Shown: in pieces, positions 1 to 8,917 of the stretch | Position numbering within the stretch: position 1 is the stretch's first letter | Layout of the letters: each line of letters starts with the position of its first letter | Assembly (NCBI GenBank): GCA_002753335.1 | Contig: PEAD01000009.1 | Location: 62,001-94,552, forward strand | Origin: Nitrospirae bacterium MYbin3 | GTDB lineage: Bacteria; Nitrospirota; Thermodesulfovibrionia; Thermodesulfovibrionales; Dissulfurispiraceae | Direction of reading: 5' to 3' | DNA: 32,552 nt | Position numbers and translations under genes: made by a program | The notes under the pieces: model-generated | What the model was told of the DNA's origin: nothing | The model's input: only the letters and a program-made list of their open reading frames with translations | Databases searched by the model: none

Positions 1-75
1 TCGTGCAATGGCTGCATGCGGTTTATGAAGCTCGATATGGTTAAATGCACCCAGCTTGGAAAGGAAGGAAACTGA
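1..75 (+). CDS. C-terminal fragment of an upstream gene, possibly an NADH:flavin oxidoreductase (old yellow enzyme family)
   Basis: Frame 1 reads SCNGCMRFMKLDMVKCTQLGKEGN*, with TGA at 73-75 just before the next ATG at 77. The (C-x-)S-C-N-x-C...C ending resembles OYE-family C-termini. Only 24 aa are visible. Confidence 0.4.
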   Translation, partial: SCNGCMRFMKLDMVKCTQLGKEGN

Positions 76-76
76 T

Positions 77-862
77 ATGCTGCTCGGAATTATTGGCGGC
101 AGCGGGATTTATGACCTTGAGGGCCTTAAATCAGCAGGAGAAACTTTTGCTGAAACCCCTTTTGGCAAGCCTTCTGCCGGCTACAAAACCGGAGATATTG
201 ATGGCCGGGAAATCCTATTTTTGCCGCGCCACGGCGCAGATCATTCGATAGCACCGCACAAAATAAATTACAGAGCAAACATCTGGGGATTCAAATCTCT
301 TGGTGTGCAGAAGATAATCGCTGTGGGAGCGGTAGGCGGTATAAGCGGTAATCTAAAGCCTGGAGATATAGTGATTCTTGATCAGTTGATCGACTTTACT
401 TTTGGAGCGCGTCAGTCAACCTTTTTCGAGGACAATAAAGTTGCGCATATAGATTTCACAGAACCGTACTGCTCCGAAATGAGAAGCCTGATGATATCAA
501 CCGCTGCAAAAACAGGGGTTGAGGTAAAAAACAGCGGCACCTATATTTGTGTAAATGGCCCTAGGCTTGAGACTGCTAAGGAGATTCAGTATTTTTCGTC
601 AATCGGGGCTGATGTTGTGGGCATGACAGGTATGCCTGAAGCGGCTTTGGCAAGAGAGGCAGAGATTTGCCTCTGTGGCATTGCTGTTGTTACAAACTAC
701 GCAGCAGGAATTTCGAACCAAAAGCTTACGGTTACCGAGGTGATCGATACCATGAAGCGATCTAATGATAAAATCAAAAGGCTGATAAAAGAGTTTGCTC
801 TTCAGTTTTCTGACGAACGTTTATGCACCTGCAAAGACGCGTTGAAAAATGCGGTGATGTAA
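77..862 (+). CDS. mtnP: MTAP-family purine nucleoside phosphorylase (methylthioadenosine/methylthioinosine phosphorylase)
   Basis: Motifs GIIGGSG, FLPRHG, INYRANIW, GPRLETAKE, VVGMTGMPEAALARE. ATG at 77 preferred over TTG at 56 because it follows AAGGAAGGA and the upstream stop. Confidence 0.92.
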   Translation: MLLGIIGGSGIYDLEGLKSAGETFAETPFGKPSAGYKTGDIDGREILFLPRHGADHSIAPHKINYRANIWGFKSLGVQKIIAVGAVGGISGNLKPGDIVILDQLIDFTFGARQSTFFEDNKVAHIDFTEPYCSEMRSLMISTAAKTGVEVKNSGTYICVNGPRLETAKEIQYFSSIGADVVGMTGMPEAALAREAEICLCGIAVVTNYAAGISNQKLTVTEVIDTMKRSNDKIKRLIKEFALQFSDERLCTCKDALKNAVM

Positions 863-893
863 GGATTGGGAAAAGTTTTAGAAGTTGAAAGAG

Positions 894-1247
894 TTAAGCT
901 GTGGGGTTATTTTTTGAGTCTAGTTTCATTATGGCCGGAACGAATTCGGGCTTAATCTCGCTTTCGTTCATGTAGCAGTATGAAAAAATAATTATTTTAT
1001 CTCCAACCACGCCTTTGCGGGCGGTGGGGCCGTTCAGACAGAACTCTCTTGCACCGCGTTTGCCAGGAATCACATATGTTTCAAAACGCTCTCCGTTGTT
1101 TAGATTGCTGATCATTACCTGCTCGTAAGGAAGAATTCCGGCCTTATCCATAAGTTCGCTGTCTATTGTGATGCTTCCTTCATAGGCAAGGTTCGACTCT
1201 GTGACGGTCGCCATATGTATTTTTGATCTTAGGAAGCAGCGGAGCAT
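894..1247 (-). CDS. panD: aspartate 1-decarboxylase (pyruvoyl-dependent)
   Basis: SKIHMATVT..LAYEG/SITID with the Gly24-Ser25 self-cleavage site, NGERFETYVI, LNGPTAR; 117 aa. Confidence 0.96.
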   Translation of the reverse strand: MLRCFLRSKIHMATVTESNLAYEGSITIDSELMDKAGILPYEQVMISNLNNGERFETYVIPGKRGAREFCLNGPTARKGVVGDKIIIFSYCYMNESEIKPEFVPAIMKLDSKNNPTA

Positions 1248-1256
1248 AAGGCAGAT

Positions 1257-1544
1257 CTATTCTATTATTTTAGGAACCCTGTAAAATTTTTCGGTTCCGT
1301 CGGGAGCGTTTCTGAGAGCTTCTTCAATCGGTAGAGAATCTTTCACGAGGTCTTCGCGCATGACATTATTTAAGGGCAAAACATGAGAAGTTGGCTCAAT
1401 ATTGGCAGTATCAAGCTTGCCTAGCTGTTCAACATAATCAAGAATAGAGTTAAGCTGTCCGCGAAGTGTTTCGGCTTCTTTGTCCAAGATGCTGAGCCGA
1501 GAAAGACCGGCTATGTGCATCACTTCATTTGTTGAAATTTCCAC
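1257..1544 (-). CDS. gatC: Asp/Glu-tRNA amidotransferase subunit C
   Basis: 95 aa, HIAGLSRL...ILDYVEQL..LDT.NIEPTSH...MRED...ALRNAP...YRVPKII; GTG start. Confidence 0.95.
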   Translation of the reverse strand: MEISTNEVMHIAGLSRLSILDKEAETLRGQLNSILDYVEQLGKLDTANIEPTSHVLPLNNVMREDLVKDSLPIEEALRNAPDGTEKFYRVPKIIE

Positions 1545-1546
1545 CG

Positions 1547-3649
1547 CTACACCTTTTCGAGATTCACAAACTTGATCGCAAGACGCTTAAGGCCTATGCC
1601 CGGAAAGTTTACCGTAACTTTTGTATCATCGCCTTCACCTGAGCAGTCCCTGACAACGCCAACGCCCCATGCCGGATGTTTAACCCTGCATCCAATCACA
1701 TAGGCGCAAGATAACTTTTGGGGTGAGGGCTTTAAAGGCTTGCAAGCTACGTCCGGTTTTTTCAATGCCTTCTCGGTCCAGTGGCAACAGTCTTTGGGAA
1801 TGTCCTGTAAAAAGCGGGTTGGCTCCTGATCCTGAATCTTTGAATAAAGGCGCCTTTTTTTTACGCCGGTAAGGCAAAGCATATCTTTTGCCCTCGTCAT
1901 TCCTACGTAGAAAAGTCTTCGCTCTTCATACATCTCATGCGGATCGTCCATAGCTTTGAAATAAGGAATTATGCCTTCCTCAAGGCCTACTAGAAATACA
2001 ACAGGGAACTCAAGACCCTTGGCGCTGTGAAGCGTCATCAAAGATACTCCAGGCTTCTTGTGGTCATCGTCCCTTGTGGCCATAAGAGACACCCTTTCAG
2101 CAAAATCTTTTACGGAGAGCCCTTCTGCCGAAGATACAAGCTCCATTATATTCTGAAGCCTTTCTTCTTCGATGTCGTCAAGATAGCCGGTTTTTTCGGC
2201 AATATCCTTGAGCATGTCTGCCGCGGATTTGTAGTTTGCAGTAGAAATCTGATCGATAGTTTTTATGAAATCCTTAAGTTTTTCTTTTAGGGATGCTGCT
2301 ACCGCATCCGATTTGAGCATGAATTTGATTGCGGTGTAAAGGCTTGTCGAGCTTTTTTTCGACTCCTGTTCTATTTTTGACAATGTTGAGGCTCCGATAC
2401 CCCTGTGCGGACTGTTTATCACACGCCTGAGGCTAAGATTATCGTCGTGATTCAGTATAAGCCTTAAATACGAAAGGATGTCTTTTATCTCACGCCTATG
2501 ATAAAAACTGATTCCGCTGACAACATGGTAGGGTATGCCTTCAGCTCTAAGGGCATCTTCAAGCGCCCGTGCCTGCAGATTTATACGATACAGCATCGCA
2601 AAATCTTTGTAGTTGTATTTGTCTTTAAGGTAGAGGTCTTTTATTATGCGGGCGGTGTATTTAGCCTCTTCCTCTTCTGTGTTCAGCTTGCAGTAGAAAA
2701 CTTTTTCTCCGCTGCCCTTATCGGTCCATAGAGTCTTTGCTTTTCTATGCGGATTTTTAGCAATTACTGCGCCCGAAACATCAAGTATGTTCTGCGTAGA
2801 ACGGTAATTCTGTTCAAGCTTGATTATCTTTGCATCCGGATAATCTTTATTGAAGCTCAGGATGTTGCTTACATCCGCGCCTCTGAATTTATAGATGCTC
2901 TGGTCATCGTCGCCAACTGCGCATATGTTTTTATGTCCGGCCAAAAGCTGCAACAGCCTGTACTGCGATTTGTTCGTGTCCTGAAACTCGTCCACCAAAA
3001 CATAGGGGAACATCTCTTGATACTTCTTTTTTACCTCGGGATGCTCTTCAAAAAGCCTGACCGTCTGCATAATAAGATCATCAAAATCGAGTGCGTTATA
3101 GCGTTTCAGTTCGTCCTGATATTTAAGATAAACCCTGCCCAGCTTTTCATCAAAGCTAAAGCCGTCGCCCTGCGAAAGAAACTGTTCGGGAGAAATAAGC
3201 GATGCTTTAAGCAGGCTTATTCTAGATGCTACGCCTTTGTACAGAGCCTCATAGATCTTAAAATCCCTCAGGATATGCCTGATCAGATTACACTGATCAT
3301 CATCATCATAAATCGAAAAATCTGATTTGTAGCCAAGAGGCTTTATATCTTTGCGCAATATCTTATTGCACTGGGAATGGAAAGTGCCTATCCAGGAGCT
3401 TTTTACGTCGCCTTCTATAAATTTTCCTATGCGCTCCTTCATCTCATTTGCGGCCTTGTTTGTGAAGGTGACTGTAAGTATTGATGTGGGGCGGTATTTC
3501 TTCTTTCTTACAAGATAGGCAAACTTATGGGTTATAACTCGGGTTTTACCGCTCCCTGCACCTGCAAGCACAAGCAACGGTCCTTTGCTGTGGAGTATAG
3601 CTTCTTTTTGTTGGGGGTTTAGATCTTCTAACAAGGCTTCTTTCGCCAT
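1547..3649 (-). CDS. pcrA: UvrD/PcrA superfamily 1 DNA helicase
   Basis: LAGAGSGKTR, TFTNKAA, VDEFQD, VGDDDQSIY.FRGA, LEQNYRST, TLHSAKGLEF, EERRLFYVGMTRA, and a C-terminal Tudor-like domain (RVKHPAWGVGVV). Confidence 0.95.
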   Translation of the reverse strand: MAKEALLEDLNPQQKEAILHSKGPLLVLAGAGSGKTRVITHKFAYLVRKKKYRPTSILTVTFTNKAANEMKERIGKFIEGDVKSSWIGTFHSQCNKILRKDIKPLGYKSDFSIYDDDDQCNLIRHILRDFKIYEALYKGVASRISLLKASLISPEQFLSQGDGFSFDEKLGRVYLKYQDELKRYNALDFDDLIMQTVRLFEEHPEVKKKYQEMFPYVLVDEFQDTNKSQYRLLQLLAGHKNICAVGDDDQSIYKFRGADVSNILSFNKDYPDAKIIKLEQNYRSTQNILDVSGAVIAKNPHRKAKTLWTDKGSGEKVFYCKLNTEEEEAKYTARIIKDLYLKDKYNYKDFAMLYRINLQARALEDALRAEGIPYHVVSGISFYHRREIKDILSYLRLILNHDDNLSLRRVINSPHRGIGASTLSKIEQESKKSSTSLYTAIKFMLKSDAVAASLKEKLKDFIKTIDQISTANYKSAADMLKDIAEKTGYLDDIEEERLQNIMELVSSAEGLSVKDFAERVSLMATRDDDHKKPGVSLMTLHSAKGLEFPVVFLVGLEEGIIPYFKAMDDPHEMYEERRLFYVGMTRAKDMLCLTGVKKRRLYSKIQDQEPTRFLQDIPKDCCHWTEKALKKPDVACKPLKPSPQKLSCAYVIGCRVKHPAWGVGVVRDCSGEGDDTKVTVNFPGIGLKRLAIKFVNLEKV

Positions 3650-3664
3650 CTTATGATTTATTTA

Positions 3665-3675
3665 ATTATACCACA
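3665..3675 (-). promoter_or_regulatory. extended -10 promoter for pcrA-gatC-panD
   Basis: Minus strand TGTGGTATAAT (TGn-TATAAT) ends 15 nt before the pcrA ATG, implying a very short leader. A GC-rich inverted repeat ACCGCAG-T-CTGCGGT (3679-3693) lies just upstream. Confidence 0.6.
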
Positions 3676-3702
3676 ACCACCGCAGTCTGCGGTAGTCCTG
3701 CG

Positions 3703-4908
3703 TTAATATTTATAGCTTACGCCCAACTCAAGGCCGTGAGATTTATATTTGTACTGGTCATAATTAGAGTCTCTTTCAGAAAACCTGTAAACCATCTCAA
3801 GGCTCAAAAGCTGCACAGGAGACCAGCCAACACCGGCAACAAGATCGTTAAGCCTGTCGCTTCTCTGCTGAAAAGTGGTTAGTGCAAGATGAGAATCACC
3901 CCTAAAGGATTTCTGAGTGGCCAACCCGCTTAGGTATGTCTCGATTTTTGCGGTAGGCTTATATGTTGCGGTCAGACTGACCGATTCATCCACGCTGTAA
4001 AGCTGGTCAAGAAATATTTCTTCCTGAAGAAAGCGTTCGGCAACCGCAGACAATGTAATTTTGCCGGTCAACTGATGGGCAAGCTGGGCTTTTCCTATAA
4101 TGCCGATAAAGTCTCTTGAACTGAACTCTTCATACCTTCTGCCTGAATATCCGCCGGAAAGAGAGACCACAGTCTTGCCGCCCAGTTTGCCGTTGTACCC
4201 AAGTTTAAACATTTCTCCTATGCTGTCATTGCTGATAAGACGGCCGCCAACAGCCTGTTTTTTGTCATAATTTATTTCATTTATATGATAGCTCGCAAAA
4301 AAAGTGCTGTCGGGTGAAGGCGCATATGAAAGCACACCGGAGTACGTGTTGTTAGTATATTCCTTTACTCCGAGCGCCTGAAGAGAAAAGTCTTTTCTCT
4401 CGGTTCTGACCAAGCCTTGTATAGCAAACCCTGAGGGCAGATCATATTCGATCGAAAACTCCTTAGCATCACTTATCTGCTCGTTTTTTTGGTTTGACAT
4501 AAAATCCTTTTTCAATACCAATGCCCTTCTGTAGTTTTCACTCGCTGTTGCCTTGACCTTGTCAAGAAAGTTCAATTTAAGCTTCATACTGAATTCATCC
4601 TGATTGGAGTTTTGCTCTTTATAATGCTTGTATCTGAGAAATTCTCTTTTTATCATGGCTTCGAGCTCCTGCCTGCTCCACTTGTAGTTGAAGCTCGCCC
4701 CGACGGTGAGTTGATTAATCGTCTCGGACATTCTGTCATCGCCCGAGACAGCCTTGAGATATTCTTTGTCCTTTACCTTGAACACATTGCTGTCGTAATA
4801 AGTCCTTGCAGAAACGAATGGCTTGATTCTATCTCCTATAATTTCGGCCGAAAAACAGATATCGAGAGAAATTAAAAAGAAAACTACAAAAAAAACTACC
4901 GCTTTCAA
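3703..4908 (-). CDS. EpsL-like outer-membrane beta-barrel protein of the exosortase-associated polysaccharide system
   Basis: Signal peptide (MKAVVFFVVFFLISLDICFSA if TTG 4908 is used; the ORF extends to 4941), YYDSNVF, alternating amphipathic strands and a C-terminal aromatic barrel signature (GVSYKY). It directly follows the priming transferase. Confidence 0.75.
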   Translation of the reverse strand: MKAVVFFVVFFLISLDICFSAEIIGDRIKPFVSARTYYDSNVFKVKDKEYLKAVSGDDRMSETINQLTVGASFNYKWSRQELEAMIKREFLRYKHYKEQNSNQDEFSMKLKLNFLDKVKATASENYRRALVLKKDFMSNQKNEQISDAKEFSIEYDLPSGFAIQGLVRTERKDFSLQALGVKEYTNNTYSGVLSYAPSPDSTFFASYHINEINYDKKQAVGGRLISNDSIGEMFKLGYNGKLGGKTVVSLSGGYSGRRYEEFSSRDFIGIIGKAQLAHQLTGKITLSAVAERFLQEEIFLDQLYSVDESVSLTATYKPTAKIETYLSGLATQKSFRGDSHLALTTFQQRSDRLNDLVAGVGWSPVQLLSLEMVYRFSERDSNYDQYKYKSHGLELGVSYKY

Positions 4909-4909
4909 A

Positions 4910-6340
4910 TCAGTATCCGGTGCCTCTGAAGACAACCGCAATAGCTTTTGCCAGTATTATCGCATCAAGCTTAAGCGACCAGTTGTCAATGTACTCAAGA
5001 TCATGCTTCATCCATCTGTCGAAATCTTTGTCGTTGCGGGCAACCACCTCATGAATACAGGCCATTCCCGGCCTCAGGCTGAGGCGGCGTCTCTGCCAAG
5101 ATTCATATTTCTTGACTTCCGAAGGAAGCGGGGGGCGTGGACCTATAAGCGACATTTCGCCTTTAAGCACATTAATTAGCTGCGGCAGTTCATCGAGGCT
5201 GGTCCTTCTGAGAAAACGGCCTATGCTGGTTACGCGAGGGTCGTTCTGAAGTTTAAAAACAGGGCCTTCAAGTTCATTATGCTTCATTAATTTTTTCAGC
5301 TGTTTCTCTGCATCTTGAACCATCGTTCTGAATTTGTAGATTTTGAATTCACGGCCATTGGTACCGCATCTGACCTGCCTGAAAAAAACCGGACCTTTTG
5401 ATGTAAGTTTTATTCCGATGCCAATAAAAATAAAAACTGGGGCGAGCAATATAAGACCGAAAAAAGAACCGCATATATCTATAAATCTTTTAATCGCAAG
5501 CAGCCCCGAATCTATAGGTGTAGTATCGAAGGTAAGCAACGGCCATCCATGCATCTCCTTTATAAGCGGCTTGGCTATTTCGGTATTAAAAAAATCAACG
5601 GCTATAGTTGCCTTAACGCCTATTTTTTCGCAGACCATTATAGAATCCTCAAGGCTGTTGAGCCATTTGCGGGGCATAAGAAAAACCACTTCATCAATAA
5701 CATTTTTAACCAATATTTTTTCGATCTCATCAAATGTGCCTATAACCCTGCTGTTTTCTATTTCGGTGCCTACCATATCTTTTTCATCTATGAAGCCGAA
5801 AATCCTGATTCCCCATTCAGGATGGTTTTTGATGTTTTGGGCAAACAGCCTTGCCCTATCGCCTGTTCCAACTATAAGCAACACCCTGAAGTTGTAGCCG
5901 CTTTTTCTGATTTGATGCAAAAACATCAACACAAGCATTTTTTCGGCCGTAAGCAGAACGACAACTAAAACAAAGAGCGCAAAAATAAAGCTCCTTGTCA
6001 GTATCGCCCAGTTAAAAAGAAACGCTGTTGCCGAAAAAATAAGCACAGAAACCAAAGAGGCATCGAAAATGATCCAGAAAATTCTGAAGAACCCCTTCTC
6101 CCGCATAGAATCATAAACACCAAAATGAGTAAGAGTTGCACTCCACAAGATCAGAGTAAAGATCATCAGCCAAATGTATTCTCTGAAAGCATAGGCTTTA
6201 TCGATAAAGCTTTGAGGCAAGAGGGTGATATCCTGAATTCCGCTGCTTAATGTGTATGCAAAGACGAAAGAGATCGCCACAATAAGGCAGTCAATAGAAA
6301 CAGCCAATTTATTGATAAGATTTTCTTGCTCTTTAAGCAT
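4910..6340 (-). CDS. priming polyprenyl-phosphate glycosylphosphotransferase (WcaJ/EpsB-like sugar transferase)
   Basis: N-terminal TM helices, LLIVGTG CoA-binding-like region, then [70 protein letters not shown]. Confidence 0.93.
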   Translation of the reverse strand: MLKEQENLINKLAVSIDCLIVAISFVFAYTLSSGIQDITLLPQSFIDKAYAFREYIWLMIFTLILWSATLTHFGVYDSMREKGFFRIFWIIFDASLVSVLIFSATAFLFNWAILTRSFIFALFVLVVVLLTAEKMLVLMFLHQIRKSGYNFRVLLIVGTGDRARLFAQNIKNHPEWGIRIFGFIDEKDMVGTEIENSRVIGTFDEIEKILVKNVIDEVVFLMPRKWLNSLEDSIMVCEKIGVKATIAVDFFNTEIAKPLIKEMHGWPLLTFDTTPIDSGLLAIKRFIDICGSFFGLILLAPVFIFIGIGIKLTSKGPVFFRQVRCGTNGREFKIYKFRTMVQDAEKQLKKLMKHNELEGPVFKLQNDPRVTSIGRFLRRTSLDELPQLINVLKGEMSLIGPRPPLPSEVKKYESWQRRRLSLRPGMACIHEVVARNDKDFDRWMKHDLEYIDNWSLKLDAIILAKAIAVVFRGTGY

Positions 6341-6352
6341 GGTGCGCGCCCG

Positions 6353-6376
6353 TTATCTGCATTTGTGGTATCATTT
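6353..6376. repeat. copy 1 of direct repeat TTATCTGCA-N7-TAYCATTT; contains a plus-strand extended -10 (TGGTATCAT) in front of the vanZ-like gene
   Basis: TTATCTGCA-tttgtgg-TATCATTT at 6353-6376 matches copy 2 at 16 of 24 positions, in register. Confidence 0.6.
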
Positions 6377-6386
6377 TATAAATCCG

Positions 6387-6731
6387 ATGTTTGCAAAAGC
6401 ACTCTTATATACAGCAACACTAGCAATCTTAATCCTTTCGGTTGTCCCTAATTATAAACATCTGCCTGAGGTATTTTCCTTAAGCGACATACTGAACCAC
6501 CTTGGGGCTTTTGTTGTTTTATCTGCTCTGCTAGACTTTGCATATAGCAAACTGAAAACATCACAAAAGATATTTATGCTCTTGGGATACGGTCTGTTCA
6601 TAGAGATAGTGCAGTATTTTATACCGTACAGAAAATTTTCTGTTGAAGATCTGCTGATTGATGCGTTAGGAGTTGCGGTGTATTTTTTAGTCACAAAGAA
6701 ACTGGTTGCCTCTATGTTAAAGACTTTTTAA
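6387..6731 (+). CDS. VanZ-like family membrane protein
   Basis: From ATG 6387 (114 aa): SDILNHLGAF...GLFIEIVQYFIPYRKFSVEDLLIDALG matches the VanZ D..H / E..Q...P.R..S..D pattern. Earlier starts would overlap the sugar transferase. Confidence 0.85.
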   Translation: MFAKALLYTATLAILILSVVPNYKHLPEVFSLSDILNHLGAFVVLSALLDFAYSKLKTSQKIFMLLGYGLFIEIVQYFIPYRKFSVEDLLIDALGVAVYFLVTKKLVASMLKTF

Positions 6732-6734
6732 TTA

Positions 6735-6758
6735 TTATCTGCAGGGAATATACCATTT
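6735..6758. repeat. copy 2 of the direct repeat; on the minus strand it reads as a promoter-like element pointing through vanZ toward the sugar transferase
   Basis: TTATCTGCA-gggaata-TACCATTT; its reverse complement TGGTATATTCCCTGCA fits both GG-N10-GC (sigma54 spacing) and TGn-TATATT (extended -10). Confidence 0.5.
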
Positions 6759-6780
6759 GATTTTGTGTCATTTGACAATT

Positions 6781-7923
6781 TTAAAATGTTGCAGTCGCAG
6801 TTGTCAGCTTATAAACTTCCATTGTCTGTTTAGCTATTTCTCCCCAGTTATATTTTTCAGCGATCATGTTTATCTGTTTTTTTCTGTCATCTTCTTCAAA
6901 AGGCTTATTAATAAATTCCTTTATCTTTGCTGCAAGAATTCTCGTGTCACCTGCCCTGAAAAACCTTTCGTCGCTCAGTTCCAGATTCCTGTTAGCCGGG
7001 ATGTCGCTGGCTATGCATGACAACCCGTAACTCATAGCCTCCAGCAATACGATAGGTAGCCCCTCATAGTAAGAGGGCAGTACAAAAAGACCGGCATGGC
7101 TGTAAAGCTCTTTTAAAGGCTGACCTTTTAGAAAGCCGGTGAAAATGATGTTTTTGTTTTCAGATGCTTTTGCTTTTAAAGAAAAGCTGTATTTATCTTC
7201 ATGGTCTGCGAAACCTACAATGACCAGCTTCCAGTTATTTATGTCGTTTTCACTAAATGCGTCAATCAAATCATGAAATCCTTTTTCTGGAACAAACCTT
7301 CCCACAGCAAGGATGTATCTATTTTTTTCGAGGCCGTATTGCTTCAAAGCATTATCTGTTTTTAACAGGACCGGTAGCTGCACGCCATTGGGGATAACCG
7401 TTGACTCTTTGTTGTATTTGCTTTTTATATCATTCGAAATATTACCGGCAATAGTTATGATCCTATCGGCAAATACCGCTCCCATCCGTTCGCAAAATTT
7501 CAGAAAAATCTTGGCGGGCAAAGACCATTTTTTTCTCATATAATCAGGTCCGTGATTTGTCACAACCACCTTCATGCCTAAAAATCGCGCCAAAGGCGCA
7601 AACAATGAAGGCCCTATTGCATGAATATGCAAGATATCCGGCTTCATTTTATGCGCAAGAAGCACGCATCTGCATGTATGTACTATTGCTTCAAGAAATT
7701 TATTCCGAGGACAGTCAACCGGCATAAGTGATACGCCATTGAACATTTGAGCATCGGGTGAAACATACGGTTTTCGGCTGAACACTGTGATTTTGCATCC
7801 AAGCTTGACGAGTTTTGGATAAAGATGTTCACAGTGAGTTTCAACACCTCCCTGGACATTCGGAAAACCACGCGTGCCGGTTACAGCGATTGTTATTGCA
7901 GTTGATTTCAAGATTTGCTGCAA
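6781..7923 (-). CDS. glycosyltransferase family 4
   Basis: GTRGFPNVQGGVETH, VGRFVPEKG, FVLPSYYEGLPIVLLEAMSYG (E-x7-E). Confidence 0.92.
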   Translation of the reverse strand: MQQILKSTAITIAVTGTRGFPNVQGGVETHCEHLYPKLVKLGCKITVFSRKPYVSPDAQMFNGVSLMPVDCPRNKFLEAIVHTCRCVLLAHKMKPDILHIHAIGPSLFAPLARFLGMKVVVTNHGPDYMRKKWSLPAKIFLKFCERMGAVFADRIITIAGNISNDIKSKYNKESTVIPNGVQLPVLLKTDNALKQYGLEKNRYILAVGRFVPEKGFHDLIDAFSENDINNWKLVIVGFADHEDKYSFSLKAKASENKNIIFTGFLKGQPLKELYSHAGLFVLPSYYEGLPIVLLEAMSYGLSCIASDIPANRNLELSDERFFRAGDTRILAAKIKEFINKPFEEDDRKKQINMIAEKYNWGEIAKQTMEVYKLTTATATF

Positions 7924-8915
7924 AGGGTTAGATCCGGTTCTTTACCCATCATAACACGCAATTTATTCTTTAACACCCATTTAGCAGGGATATGAATGTG
8001 TTTTTTCATTACAGGCGCAACACTGCCAACCATCCAGCATTGCTTATTGCAGTTAGCAACAGCTTTGCGCACCTCAGCAGCCTGTTTGCTGTTCCAAATC
8101 TCATCAAATGACTGTTTTTTTATGTTGCCCATCGGCATTTTTTCATCCATGCCGTTACAGGCAAGCACATCTCCGGATGGATCAATAAAACAAGCCTCGC
8201 TGCCCATCTCACACTTAAGCAACCTCTCTACGCCATTTATATAGTTTATAAGCCCGAAATTGAAATATGCCCTAAACCATTTTTTCACAGAATTTGACTT
8301 CAGAAGTTCTTTAGCGAGTTTTGCAATTTCTCCGCAAACAATATCCTTGTTATCAATCTTATTATCCAGCTTGTGAAAATAATGCGAATTGTGCAATGTG
8401 GCCGTTGCAAATTCATAATTCAGTGCCTCTGAAAGCTCGTAAAGCGGCAGCAAGTCTTTACAGTTGTAGTCCTGAACAGTCATTCCAAAACCGATATCCT
8501 TGATTCCCATATTCCTTAGTTCAAGCAGTGTTCTAAGTCCGCGATCAAAACCATCCGGAATGCCCCGTATCGTATCGTTTGTTTTTGGCATCCCTTCAAT
8601 GCTGATTCGTATGCCGATATCATGATACTTTTCGCACAGACTAATTATTTTATCTGTGAAAAAACCGTTGGTGCTTATCACAATACGCTCTGTCTTTTGC
8701 CGGACAATGTCTATAACTTCAGTAATATCCTGTCTTACAAAAGGCTCTCCTCCGGTTATATTCACAAACCTTAGTCCCGAAGGAAGCTTTTTAATGTCCT
8801 CAAGCGTAATTTCATCGCTCGCTTTTGTGGGATGGTGCCACACATTGCACATGTTGCACTTTGCATTGCAGCGGTAAGTGAGGATTATGCAGATTTCTTT
8901 AGGATATTTAAACAC
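7908..8915 (-). CDS. radical SAM protein with SPASM/Twitch auxiliary domain
   Basis: CNAKCNMC (CxxxCxxC), ITGGEPF, STNG, ISIEG; C-terminal CEMG..CFIDPSGDVLAC, GNI...SFDEIWNS, CNKQC. Confidence 0.93.
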   Translation of the reverse strand: MFKYPKEICIILTYRCNAKCNMCNVWHHPTKASDEITLEDIKKLPSGLRFVNITGGEPFVRQDITEVIDIVRQKTERIVISTNGFFTDKIISLCEKYHDIGIRISIEGMPKTNDTIRGIPDGFDRGLRTLLELRNMGIKDIGFGMTVQDYNCKDLLPLYELSEALNYEFATATLHNSHYFHKLDNKIDNKDIVCGEIAKLAKELLKSNSVKKWFRAYFNFGLINYINGVERLLKCEMGSEACFIDPSGDVLACNGMDEKMPMGNIKKQSFDEIWNSKQAAEVRKAVANCNKQCWMVGSVAPVMKKHIHIPAKWVLKNKLRVMMGKEPDLTLCSKS

Positions 8916-8917
8916 TC

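Noticed and set aside
77..862. Functional link between the phosphorylase and the radical SAM enzyme (5'-deoxyadenosine removal)
   Set aside because: They are 7 kb apart, on opposite strands and separated by housekeeping genes; proximity is probably coincidental.
2027..3325. Plus-strand ORFs of 77-192 aa opposite pcrA, and similar antisense ORFs across the eps genes (e.g. 5343-5897, 9024-9449, 25908-26354)
   Set aside because: They lie wholly or almost wholly over well-supported genes on the other strand and have no recognisable motifs; they are shadow ORFs.
6252..6386. N-terminal extension of the VanZ ORF
   Set aside because: It overlaps the divergent sugar transferase start. ATG 6387 gives a typical-length protein with an extended -10 just upstream.
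6387..6731. Glycopeptide resistance locus
   Set aside because: A VanZ-like domain alone is widespread, and there are no vanHAX/vanRS genes.
7908..8915. RiPP maturase or anaerobic sulfatase maturase interpretation
   Set aside because: No precursor peptide, RRE/PqqD domain or sulfatase, too few Cys for a two-cluster SPASM, and an exclusively glycan context.
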